This document shows, piece after piece, positions 8,222-16,948 of a stretch of DNA of 64,000 nt. The notes under the pieces are model-generated. The model worked only from the letters and a program-made list of their open reading frames with translations. It made no database searches and was not told the origin of the DNA. How positions within the stretch are numbered: position 1 is the first letter of the stretch; every line of letters begins with the position of its first letter. The stretch lies in contig OY282386.1 of NCBI GenBank assembly GCA_958295945.1, positions 2,181,864 to 2,245,863 on the forward strand. Direction: 5' to 3'. The translations under genes were made by a program, and so were the position numbers. The DNA comes from Candidatus Poribacteria bacterium (GTDB lineage: Bacteria > Poribacteria > WGA-4E > WGA-3G).

Positions 8222-10960
8222 TTAACCAACTGAGGCAATATCTAAATGTGCTTTCCAGTGCGCATTTAGCATTTTCTTCATCAACTGATGTTCAGGTCTT
8301 TCAAGATGAGGATCCTCTTTTATCAATTCAATCGCTTCTTTTTTTGCTGTTTCCAATAGTGTGGCATCACTAATAATATTGGCAATCTTGAATTTTGGTA
8401 GACCTGACTGACGTGTGCCGAAGAATTCTCCGGGACCACGAATATTCAAATCCTCTTCGGCAATAACAAAACCATCATTAGACCGAATCATCACTTGAAT
8501 TCTACGATACGATTCATCTGTTTTTGGTGTAGCAACAAGATAACAAAAGGATTTATCACTACCTCTACCGACTCTACCGCGCAACTGATGAAGTTGTGCT
8601 AAACCAAACCGTTCCGCATTTTCAATGACCATTAGAGTCGCATTCGGCACATCAATACCGACTTCAATGACAGTTGTTGATACCAATATATCAAGTTCTT
8701 GTGCATTAAACTGCGACATTATCTCCTGTTTTTCAACGGATTTCATCTGTCCATGTAACAATCCAACGCGCAACTGTGGAAAGACATCTTTCTGTATGTG
8801 CTCAGCCATACTCGTCGCAGCTTTCAACTCCTCCAGTTTTTCGGATTCTTCTACAAGTGGATAGACTATATATGCCTGTTTGCCTCTTTTAATCTCACGC
8901 TGAATTTTATTGTATAACTCTGAACGATCTTTCTCCTTTACCCATCTCGTATCAATCTTCTGTCTACCGGGTGGCATCTCATCAATCACAGAGATATTGA
9001 GGTCACCATATATCGTTAAGGATAATGTCCTCGGTATAGGTGTAGCAGTCATAACCAATACATCAGGTTCATACTTATCCTCGCTGCTCTGCCCATCTGC
9101 TGACTTTGCTTTTCCCATGAGTGTTGCCCGTTGCATCACACCAAATCTATGCTGTTCATCAATTATAACAAGTCCAAGTTTGTGGAATTCAACACCCTCC
9201 TGAATTAATGCTTGTGTGCCGACGATAATGTTTGCTGATCCATCGATAATTGCAGACAATGCATCTTCACGTTCAGCTTTTGGCAGATCGCTTTTGAGTA
9301 GCACTACCTCTACACCCAGAGGCGTTAACAAGGATGACAAATTCTGGTGATGTTGTTCAGCAAGGATTTCAGTTGGTACCATAATAGCACCTTGATAGCC
9401 GTTTTCAATTGCACATATCAACGCCATCGCAGCGACGGCAGTTTTACCTGAACCGACATCTCCTTGAATAAGACGGTTCATCACACGTTGGCTTTGCATA
9501 TCTCCACATATTTCATTGAAGACCCGTTTCTGAGCATTTGTCAAGGAAAAAGGTAAGGAATCAACAAACTTCTTTAGAAGATAACTTTCATTTTCTCTAT
9601 TATTATGTATCGCAAACATAATACCTTTTTGTGATGTTCTGTTGTCCTTTCGCATCTCCATTCCAAGGCTCAGTAGAAAGAATTCATCAAAAGCGAGTCT
9701 ACGTTGAGCAGCCTGTCTATGTGCTTCTGATGATGGATAATGAATCTCATGTATTGCTTGTTGACGGTCAAGTAATGCGTGTTTTTTTCGTAGTGAGAGA
9801 GGGAGGATTTCTGAGATTTCATCACCATGTTGGTCCAAGGCATTCCGGACAGCAGTTCGCACCATTCTTGCAGTTAGCTTCGCAGTTAAAGGATATTTTG
9901 GGACGATTCGCTTGGTATGAATAAGATTGTCTTCTTCAAATATCTCAAATTCGTAATCTGTTGTTTGGATTTCATTATAACGTCGAGTGAATTTGCCGCT
10001 AATCACCACCTCAGTATCAGCTGGCAGAATTGATTTGATATAACCGATTCTCCTACCGAAGTTCACTAATATCGCAACACCAGTACCATCATATATCGAA
10101 ACCTTACCAATGCTTTTACGCCCCTTCGCTACAGGAGGAGTCGTAACATGATTAACAACACGTCCCTGAATAGTCTCTGGTTCACCATCCTCTCTTCTGC
10201 CGACACTATATATTTCAACTGTTTTTGATCTATCAATGTAGTCTCGTGGATAGTATTCCAACAATCCACCAACAGTATGTATACCTATCTCGTCCGCCAA
10301 AATCTCAGCACGTTTAGGACCAATTCCCTTGACATATTGGAGAGGGTTGTTGAAAACATCAAGAGATTCTACATCTGTTGATACAGGGGTATCACCAAGT
10401 ATAACAGGAATATCCTTCTCATCATTTCCATCTGTCTCTGTTGTTGTATCTGCATCAAATGGTATTAAGGTTTCATTTGCATTCTGTGAATTACTATCTG
10501 AAGCAGTGTTATTTGTGGTCAGGTCGATATCTGGTGAGATGTCCAAATCTTGAAACAGCGGTAAGTTATCATTTTGGTTTGTTGATACCGGTTCTGTTTG
10601 TTTCTTATTAATAGGTTTGTTGGTTTTTTTTGAGGAAGTTGGAATATGTCCAGCATCTTTCTTAGGTAGTGTGTTGTCTAGAGTTTTTCCAGCAAGCGAT
10701 GCTTCAATCAATTCAGTTGCTTTTTCAATAGCACTTTTCCGTTCAATAGGTTTAAAATTGACATAATTCTCAAATAGTTCATCTATACGATTGAGAAACT
10801 GTGTTTCATCAGAGGTAAGATTGAGTTTCCTTGCATTTCCAACCCAGAGTCTAACATAATCTCCCATTCCATTGATAACTACATCGTCTTGACAACCCTT
10901 ACGAATTTCTTGCTGAAACGGACGACAAATGGTAGATAAAATTTGCTTATAATCGTTCAT
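8222..10960 (-). CDS. recG: ATP-dependent DNA helicase RecG with ~200-aa N-terminal extension
   Basis: YYPRDYIDR wedge region, QGDVGSGKT, IIDEQHRFG, MTATPIPRTL, TTVIEVGIDVPNA, QLRGRVGRG, RGPGEFFGTRQSG. Confidence 0.97.
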   Translation of the reverse strand: MNDYKQILSTICRPFQQEIRKGCQDDVVINGMGDYVRLWVGNARKLNLTSDETQFLNRIDELFENYVNFKPIERKSAIEKATELIEASLAGKTLDNTLPKKDAGHIPTSSKKTNKPINKKQTEPVSTNQNDNLPLFQDLDISPDIDLTTNNTASDSNSQNANETLIPFDADTTTETDGNDEKDIPVILGDTPVSTDVESLDVFNNPLQYVKGIGPKRAEILADEIGIHTVGGLLEYYPRDYIDRSKTVEIYSVGRREDGEPETIQGRVVNHVTTPPVAKGRKSIGKVSIYDGTGVAILVNFGRRIGYIKSILPADTEVVISGKFTRRYNEIQTTDYEFEIFEEDNLIHTKRIVPKYPLTAKLTARMVRTAVRNALDQHGDEISEILPLSLRKKHALLDRQQAIHEIHYPSSEAHRQAAQRRLAFDEFFLLSLGMEMRKDNRTSQKGIMFAIHNNRENESYLLKKFVDSLPFSLTNAQKRVFNEICGDMQSQRVMNRLIQGDVGSGKTAVAAMALICAIENGYQGAIMVPTEILAEQHHQNLSSLLTPLGVEVVLLKSDLPKAEREDALSAIIDGSANIIVGTQALIQEGVEFHKLGLVIIDEQHRFGVMQRATLMGKAKSADGQSSEDKYEPDVLVMTATPIPRTLSLTIYGDLNISVIDEMPPGRQKIDTRWVKEKDRSELYNKIQREIKRGKQAYIVYPLVEESEKLEELKAATSMAEHIQKDVFPQLRVGLLHGQMKSVEKQEIMSQFNAQELDILVSTTVIEVGIDVPNATLMVIENAERFGLAQLHQLRGRVGRGSDKSFCYLVATPKTDESYRRIQVMIRSNDGFVIAEEDLNIRGPGEFFGTRQSGLPKFKIANIISDATLLETAKKEAIELIKEDPHLERPEHQLMKKMLNAHWKAHLDIASVG

Positions 10961-10963
10961 ATC

Positions 10964-12370
10964 CTACCTATACAATTGCTTTAGAAATATATCACCACTA
11001 TCACGATTACTGTTGCTCCAGATGACAGACACTTTCTCATCACTAACAGAGACAACGAAGGGAGGAAAATGTTCTCCATCACTGGTAGAAATAGGAACAC
11101 CTTCTTTATTCAACAACAAATTCCCATCCAAATCTATTTTCTGGCTGAAGATCCCATCCACACTTTTTTCACCAAAATCTCCACGATAGTCTAACCATGC
11201 AACGAAGAAATGGTCGTCTAGGGTACGCACAATGTCCGGTCTATCTTGATGACCACCGACTGTGCATATAGGTATGCCATCTTCTTGCCAAAGTAATGTT
11301 CCATCAGCCTGAATCCTTTGGGCATATAGGTCTGAATAGATGTCACGTTCATCACGCCAAACTACAATTGCCCCGCCATGACCGTCATCAACAATTGCTG
11401 GATTCTTCTGAATTCCAGCAGCAGTGCAGATTGGAATGCCTTCCTCCTGCCAGAACTTGCTACCATCAGAGGAAACCCGTTGCGCGAATAATTGATCATT
11501 AATAAAATTCTCGTAAACCTGCCATACAACAATAATTCCACCTTCGCCATCAGAAACGACGCGATGCACACCTTGTATCCCATCATTTGGAGTAATTAGA
11601 ACAGGTTTATCCCAAAATGGTTTTGCATCCAAACTGATCCTGTAAGCCATTATGTTCCATTGATCCGTACCAATAACATCCCACCAAACTACATAAAATC
11701 CATTCATCTCATCGGGAATTAGAATGGGTTCACTCTGTAGAGATTCAGAGGGAAATACAGGAATCCCATCGTGTTTCCACATCGGTTCTCCAAAAGCATT
11801 CACTCGTTGGATATAAAGATCTTGGAATTCCGTGCTTCTCCGTTCATCCTCCCACACAAGGACTGCGCCGCCCTCACCATCACTTACTATAGCTTGAGTG
11901 GATTGATCTGAAGTATTTACACAGATTGGCACTCCATCTTTTTCCCACAACACTTGACCTTCAAAATCTATGGCTTGTGCATAGATATCCCAACTACTGC
12001 GTCCACGTCTATCGTTCCAAACTATAATAGCGTGTGTGTCGTATCCAACCATCCGTAAACGGCGTTGATTATTTGCTGCCAGAGAAATTGGTAGACCGTT
12101 CGGTTCCCACAATGCAACATTACCGTTGTCAATATATTGTCCGTATACATCCCAATCTTTACCTGTTCTGTAATCTTCCCATATAACAATTAATCCACCC
12201 TTTCCATCTGGGACGGCTTGCGGAAATAGTTGTCCATCAACAGCATCAGAGACGATTATATCCGCTATTGTTTTTGTAGACTGCATATAGGTGAATAGTC
12301 CAAATGTGATGGATATGAGCAACGGAATTAAATGGATATTTAATCGTTGAATAGTGTTTTGGGTGTCCAT
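10964..12370 (-). CDS. Exported repeat protein, probable beta-propeller (DG.GG..VVW.D.R....D.YAQR repeats)
   Basis: N-terminal hydrophobic segment; about 8 repeats of ~55 aa, e.g. IVSDGEGGAVLVWEDERR, IVDDGHGGAIVVWRDERDIYSDLYAQRI. Confidence 0.7.
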   Translation of the reverse strand: MDTQNTIQRLNIHLIPLLISITFGLFTYMQSTKTIADIIVSDAVDGQLFPQAVPDGKGGLIVIWEDYRTGKDWDVYGQYIDNGNVALWEPNGLPISLAANNQRRLRMVGYDTHAIIVWNDRRGRSSWDIYAQAIDFEGQVLWEKDGVPICVNTSDQSTQAIVSDGEGGAVLVWEDERRSTEFQDLYIQRVNAFGEPMWKHDGIPVFPSESLQSEPILIPDEMNGFYVVWWDVIGTDQWNIMAYRISLDAKPFWDKPVLITPNDGIQGVHRVVSDGEGGIIVVWQVYENFINDQLFAQRVSSDGSKFWQEEGIPICTAAGIQKNPAIVDDGHGGAIVVWRDERDIYSDLYAQRIQADGTLLWQEDGIPICTVGGHQDRPDIVRTLDDHFFVAWLDYRGDFGEKSVDGIFSQKIDLDGNLLLNKEGVPISTSDGEHFPPFVVSVSDEKVSVIWSNSNRDSGDIFLKQLYR

Positions 12371-12837
12371 AAATTGACCAATTTCCCTTTAGTGGACAAA
12401 TCCAACATTTTCCAATGTTCTATAGGAAGTTGAAAATGAGCAATTGCTGCGGTAGGCATCCGATGTAGTTCTCCGGAAAGATGTGAGACAAGTTGTTCCA
12501 TTGTAGGGTTGTGTCCCACCACCATGACACACTGATATTTGTTGGATAATTCCTGAAGATACTCATAGTAGACACCTGGTGGAGCAAGATATAGGTCATC
12601 CAATCTGTTTATCTTTTCGGTGTATCCACAGGCTTTAGCAACTTTAGATGCAGTTTTTCTTGCACGTTTTGCTGATGAAGTAAGAATACAATCTGGAACT
12701 AAACCTTGTTGGTTGAGATGCTTTCCTATTCTTGGTGCATCCCGTTTACCGCGCTTGTTTAATGGACGATCATAATCGGATAAGGCAGGATTATCCCAAC
12801 TGGATTTTGCATGTCGTAATATAAGAAGGGTTTTCAT
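12340..12837 (-). CDS. sixA: SixA-type histidine phosphatase
   Basis: LRHAKS, RPLNKRG, SSAKRARKT, VGHNPT motifs. Confidence 0.9.
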   Translation of the reverse strand: MKTLLILRHAKSSWDNPALSDYDRPLNKRGKRDAPRIGKHLNQQGLVPDCILTSSAKRARKTASKVAKACGYTEKINRLDDLYLAPPGVYYEYLQELSNKYQCVMVVGHNPTMEQLVSHLSGELHRMPTAAIAHFQLPIEHWKMLDLSTKGKLVNLWTPKTLFND

Positions 12838-12882
12838 GTTTAATTATACTGTCTGTCGTTAGGTTGGAAAGTATCTACAACA

Positions 12883-13893
12883 TTATACCTGGGTCCAATC
12901 CATGATGACACCTAAGTATTTGTCTTTATGATCTGTCAAACCATCATAAGCAGATTGCGCATCTTCTGGGTTAATTACATGTGTTAGCAATTCCTCAACC
13001 TTAAACTTACCATCCACAATGAGTGAATAAACTATTTGCGAATTTCGTTCAAGTGAGTGTTTTGATTCACCTGAGTGCATTGTTGGAAACACCCATTCAT
13101 GCGCGCTTTTTAGGGAAATTGCACCTCTACCTATGAGATGAGTATAGTTGAAAATGTCCGTAACATTCGTGACATATTCACCGCGAGGTGATCCGAGAAG
13201 GATTACCTCTCCTTTTCTTCCTGTCAGTTGATAGGCTAATTCTACAAGGCGTGGATTGCCAATTGCTTCAACGGTAACCACCGCTTTGTTACCTCCAGTA
13301 ATCTCATTAACCCTTTCATGGACATTTTCTTTATCAGGATTGATCAAGTGCTTTATCCCACAATTACGAGCAATTTCTATACGTTCAGGTACGCGTTCTA
13401 CACTAATAACATTCATTCCTGCTAAGTTGAAGAGTTGTGATGCCGAATTACCTACTAACCCTAAACCGATGATGACAACCGTATCACCAAATTCTGCAGA
13501 GGACACACGAAGTGAAGTCATAGCAACCGTTGCCATACGCACAAAAGGGACCAGTTTGGCATCTATCTCTAATGGAGGTTTGAATGATAACATTATGGAT
13601 GAAGTTTTAACAATAGAGGCGTGTGAACTATAGCAAAAGACAAAATCACCAACTGCACACTTTGTTACTTGCTCACCAACTTTTAGGACCTCGCCAATAG
13701 CCGTATATCCTGACCCGTGGGGAAACCGAGTACCACTTTCTAAGCCGGTAAATCCTGCTCCTTCTGTGCCGGGACTGATTAGACTGTAATGTGTTTTGAG
13801 TAATATTTGATTAGGTGCAAGTGTTTCGTCCAGTTCAAAATCCGCTAAGGTTGCCACTCTTTGTTCAGGCATGATAATCTGTTTGCCTTTCAT
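12883..13893 (-). CDS. MDR (zinc-binding-dehydrogenase family) oxidoreductase lacking the structural Zn lobe
   Basis: SLISPGTE, GYTAIGEV, GLGLVG Rossmann motif. Confidence 0.8.
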   Translation of the reverse strand: MKGKQIIMPEQRVATLADFELDETLAPNQILLKTHYSLISPGTEGAGFTGLESGTRFPHGSGYTAIGEVLKVGEQVTKCAVGDFVFCYSSHASIVKTSSIMLSFKPPLEIDAKLVPFVRMATVAMTSLRVSSAEFGDTVVIIGLGLVGNSASQLFNLAGMNVISVERVPERIEIARNCGIKHLINPDKENVHERVNEITGGNKAVVTVEAIGNPRLVELAYQLTGRKGEVILLGSPRGEYVTNVTDIFNYTHLIGRGAISLKSAHEWVFPTMHSGESKHSLERNSQIVYSLIVDGKFKVEELLTHVINPEDAQSAYDGLTDHKDKYLGVIMDWTQV

Positions 13894-14052
13894 AAATCGT
13901 TCCTCACACTGATTTTTTCTTTTTCAATAGGTATTTCAATATCATAGCAAAGCAAATACTCTCTGTCAAGATGTTCGCAGTTATAATTAGGGTCATTTAG
14001 TTTTCGGTTTTTCTTGTATTTTTCACAAATGCTAAATTATCCAAGGCGGTAT

Positions 14053-14300
14053 GTGCGGTTTCCTAACCGCACTGAATTTGTGCTAAAACCTTCCATGGTC
14101 AGTTTCCTCACCGCACCATAGGCGTCAATTTAGCGATTCTTTTTGTTAGACGCATTTGAGATAGTCCAAAACTGCCATCCATTGTAGAGCGGGGTCTCCG
14201 TGCCCCGCCGAAATCTACTACATTCAAACAATGTGCGGGGCACGGAGACCCCGCTCTACAATGGTTGGTGAGAAGTTAGTGATAAAATCTTTACACACCC
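14053..14300. repeat. Composite REP-like cluster including inverted GTAG doublet
   Basis: gtgcggtttcctaaccgcac 14053-14072; ccataggcgtcaatttag 14116-14133; gtagagcggggtctccgtgccccgcc 14184-14209 and inverted copy 14235-14259; flank ggtgagaagttagtgataaaatctttacacaccc. Confidence 0.85.
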
Positions 14301-14536
14301 TATTCATTCTTGATGGAAAGATCTCTTACTCCGATTTCACACAATCATACTTATTTATTGAGTTTCAATAACGATTTAGAATTAATCCCTAATTCACACA
14401 TCAACAAATCACGTTAATTCTAAGCACTCATCTATCAATATTTGAAACACGTTTGTAGTCGCGTAATTCACTGTCTCTAATACATTCTAGCTCAAAAGAA
14501 AATTCATAAATAGAATCAATATTTCTAAATTCTCAA

Positions 14537-14896
14537 CTATTCTTCTCTGTATTCTTCAGGTGACTCCACATTTTTGGAAGATCTATTGCGTTGAAAAAGA
14601 GAAACAACAAGATATTTGGCACCCTTTAGTCCAATCAAGAGTAAAATAACGACTATACCTATAAGAATAACGACTATACCTATAAGAATTACCCAATCAA
14701 TAAGACTTAACAATTTATTCATAACTTTGACTATAAAGACAATGCCATCAGATGGATTTTTCCATCTTGGAGCTGAAGGTAGAGGAACTCTCAATTTAAA
14801 TGGAGATTCTTCAAATCCGAACCATTGTAGGTAAAATGTTCCAGCAATAGTAGCTGCACAACCACAAAGTATCAAAAGCAACTTATCTTTTTTCAA
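14537..14896 (-). CDS. Small membrane protein, hypothetical
   Basis: TTG start after GGAGAGGTG SD; two hydrophobic segments; internal 21-bp tandem duplication. Confidence 0.55.
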   Translation of the reverse strand: MKKDKLLLILCGCAATIAGTFYLQWFGFEESPFKLRVPLPSAPRWKNPSDGIVFIVKVMNKLLSLIDWVILIGIVVILIGIVVILLLIGLKGAKYLVVSLFQRNRSSKNVESPEEYREE

Positions 14897-14942
14897 TTAC
14901 TTCACCTCTCCACCTGCATGTTTTAATAATCAAATATACTGA

Positions 14943-16079
14943 CTATTCAAGGCACACTTTCCTCTTAATACAAAATGGACTGATGTCAAAATCGGTTCTA
15001 TCGTTTAAAGCCAACTCACACATAATCCTACCCACAAGAGAACAGAACTTAAATCCGTGTCCTGAAAACCCAGCTGCTATCAGAACATTTGGACAATCAG
15101 GATGTGTGTCAATTATGAAATCTTCATCTGGTGTTTCAGTATATAAACATACTTCAGAATGGGTTACTTTACCAAGACTTGGGATACGTTCTTTTACAAA
15201 AGCGTTTATGTGTTTGTCATAATCAGCATCAGGTTCTCGTTCACACATATCAGGTAAAAAGGTTTTTCCTAATCCATGCCGTGCTACCCTTGCTCCGTTC
15301 TTTCCGAAATATGGTATACCATATATGAACTCATCATCTGCCGTATTTTCTGTGAAGACAGGATAATTGTTAGGTCGAAACATCTCAGTATTAGTGGGTT
15401 TGAAATAACACACCTGCTGCTTTGTCACTGTAAGTGGAAGATCAAGTTTAGATAGGAGAGAAGAAGTCCACGCTCCAGCTGTCACAACAACCTTTCTGCC
15501 GAGATATTGCTCCTTTTCAGTCCGTATGGTTGGCACATCTGTTTGCCATTCAATCCTATTGACTTGTGTTTTTTCACGGACAATTGCACCGTGTCGTTCA
15601 GATAACTCCAAATGGGTTAACACACATTCAGATGCATACAGAAACCCTGTATCCTTTTGCCAGAGAATATCATAATGGTCTGGAACAAAGAATTGTGGGA
15701 ATCGTTTCGTCAGTTCTTTTTTATCCCACCACGCATAGTTGACTCCTGCTTCATTTAAACTTTCACTTACGGCTTTCATATACTTATTCCCTTTTGTCCC
15801 AAGATTGATACTACCTGTAATAAACAACAATTGCTTATCAGACTCAGACTCAAGAGATCGCCATTCGGTATATGCTGTTTTCATCAATTCTGTATAGAAA
15901 GGTTTGTCGTAGAAGAATCGAATGATACGCGTTTCACCGTGTGAACTACCAAAAGTATGGCCACGATTGAACTGTTCCAAAACAAGTACCCTTGCGCCAG
16001 ACTTGGCAAGGTGATATGCAGTGGCACTTCCCATACCACCTGCACCAATCACGATAACATCATAGATGTGTGAATGCAT
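14943..16079 (-). CDS. solA: N-methyl-L-tryptophan/monomeric sarcosine oxidase family (FAD)
   Basis: VIGAGGMGSATAYHLA, GSSHGETRIIR, CLYTETPDEDFIID, GFSGHGFKF. Confidence 0.9.
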   Translation of the reverse strand: MHSHIYDVIVIGAGGMGSATAYHLAKSGARVLVLEQFNRGHTFGSSHGETRIIRFFYDKPFYTELMKTAYTEWRSLESESDKQLLFITGSINLGTKGNKYMKAVSESLNEAGVNYAWWDKKELTKRFPQFFVPDHYDILWQKDTGFLYASECVLTHLELSERHGAIVREKTQVNRIEWQTDVPTIRTEKEQYLGRKVVVTAGAWTSSLLSKLDLPLTVTKQQVCYFKPTNTEMFRPNNYPVFTENTADDEFIYGIPYFGKNGARVARHGLGKTFLPDMCEREPDADYDKHINAFVKERIPSLGKVTHSEVCLYTETPDEDFIIDTHPDCPNVLIAAGFSGHGFKFCSLVGRIMCELALNDRTDFDISPFCIKRKVCLE

Positions 16080-16116
16080 TTCTTTTCCTGTGTATTAGGA
16101 GCTCATTAATATTAAA

Positions 16117-16899
16117 CTAATGGATTAGCGGGAAAGGGTTAGAAACAGTTGTAAAATTTTGGTGACGATCTTCACCACGCAACAGAATAGGTTTCCAAGG
16201 ACGTTTCAACGAATTATCTTCTGCTTGCTTAACTGATGGAGAGATATAACGGACTGTCAGACCGCAACGCCTGCGAGTTGAATGGTTTGGTAGACTCCCA
16301 TGAATAATCTGACCATGATGTATTGACATCTCACCTGCTTTCAGGACCAAGTCAACAGCAGTGTTTGCGAGATCTTCGGTTACTGGAACTTCCTGATTGA
16401 TACTTAGCAGATTACCTTCCTGTTCAGATTTGCCGTGTTCTTGGATTCCTTTGTGGTGGCTGCCCGGTATCACCTGCATACACCCGTTACCAACGTCGCT
16501 GTCATCAATCGCATACCATGCAGTGACAGCATCTGGTGGTTCCAATCCCCAATATGTCACATCCTGATGCCATGCAACGAATTTCTCTCGTGGACCATAC
16601 TTGCAGAAAAAGTGTGTTGCCAGCAGCATCATATCTGGTCCAATAAGTGCTTCAATTACATCAAGGATCTTAGGGTGAGTGGAAATTTGCCAAATAAACT
16701 CATAATCAAAATGCCAATCAATGAGCCCAATTTCGCATTTTTCTTTACCCACTTCTGCCTCTAAGGCATCGTATTCTACACGATATTTCGATGCCTCAGC
16801 ATCATCTGCTACATGTATTCCAGTCAAATATCCATCTGTCTGATACATATTCAAGAGTTGTCCGTATGTTGATTTCATGTGATGTCCTCTTTCAATCAA
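16117..16899 (-). CDS. Phytanoyl-CoA dioxygenase (PhyH) family Fe(II)/2-oxoglutarate dioxygenase
   Basis: WHQD facial-triad motif, NGCMQVIPGSH, HHGQIIHGS, RRCG. Confidence 0.9.
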   Translation of the reverse strand: MIERGHHMKSTYGQLLNMYQTDGYLTGIHVADDAEASKYRVEYDALEAEVGKEKCEIGLIDWHFDYEFIWQISTHPKILDVIEALIGPDMMLLATHFFCKYGPREKFVAWHQDVTYWGLEPPDAVTAWYAIDDSDVGNGCMQVIPGSHHKGIQEHGKSEQEGNLLSINQEVPVTEDLANTAVDLVLKAGEMSIHHGQIIHGSLPNHSTRRRCGLTVRYISPSVKQAEDNSLKRPWKPILLRGEDRHQNFTTVSNPFPLIH

Positions 16900-16948
16900 G
16901 TTTTGGTATCTTCCATTGATGGAACCATTGAGAATCTTCAGGTATAAC

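Noticed and set aside
14421-14429. CIRCE (HrcA) operator half-site taagcactc
   Set aside because: No second half-site 9 bp downstream, and it is not upstream of a chaperone gene.
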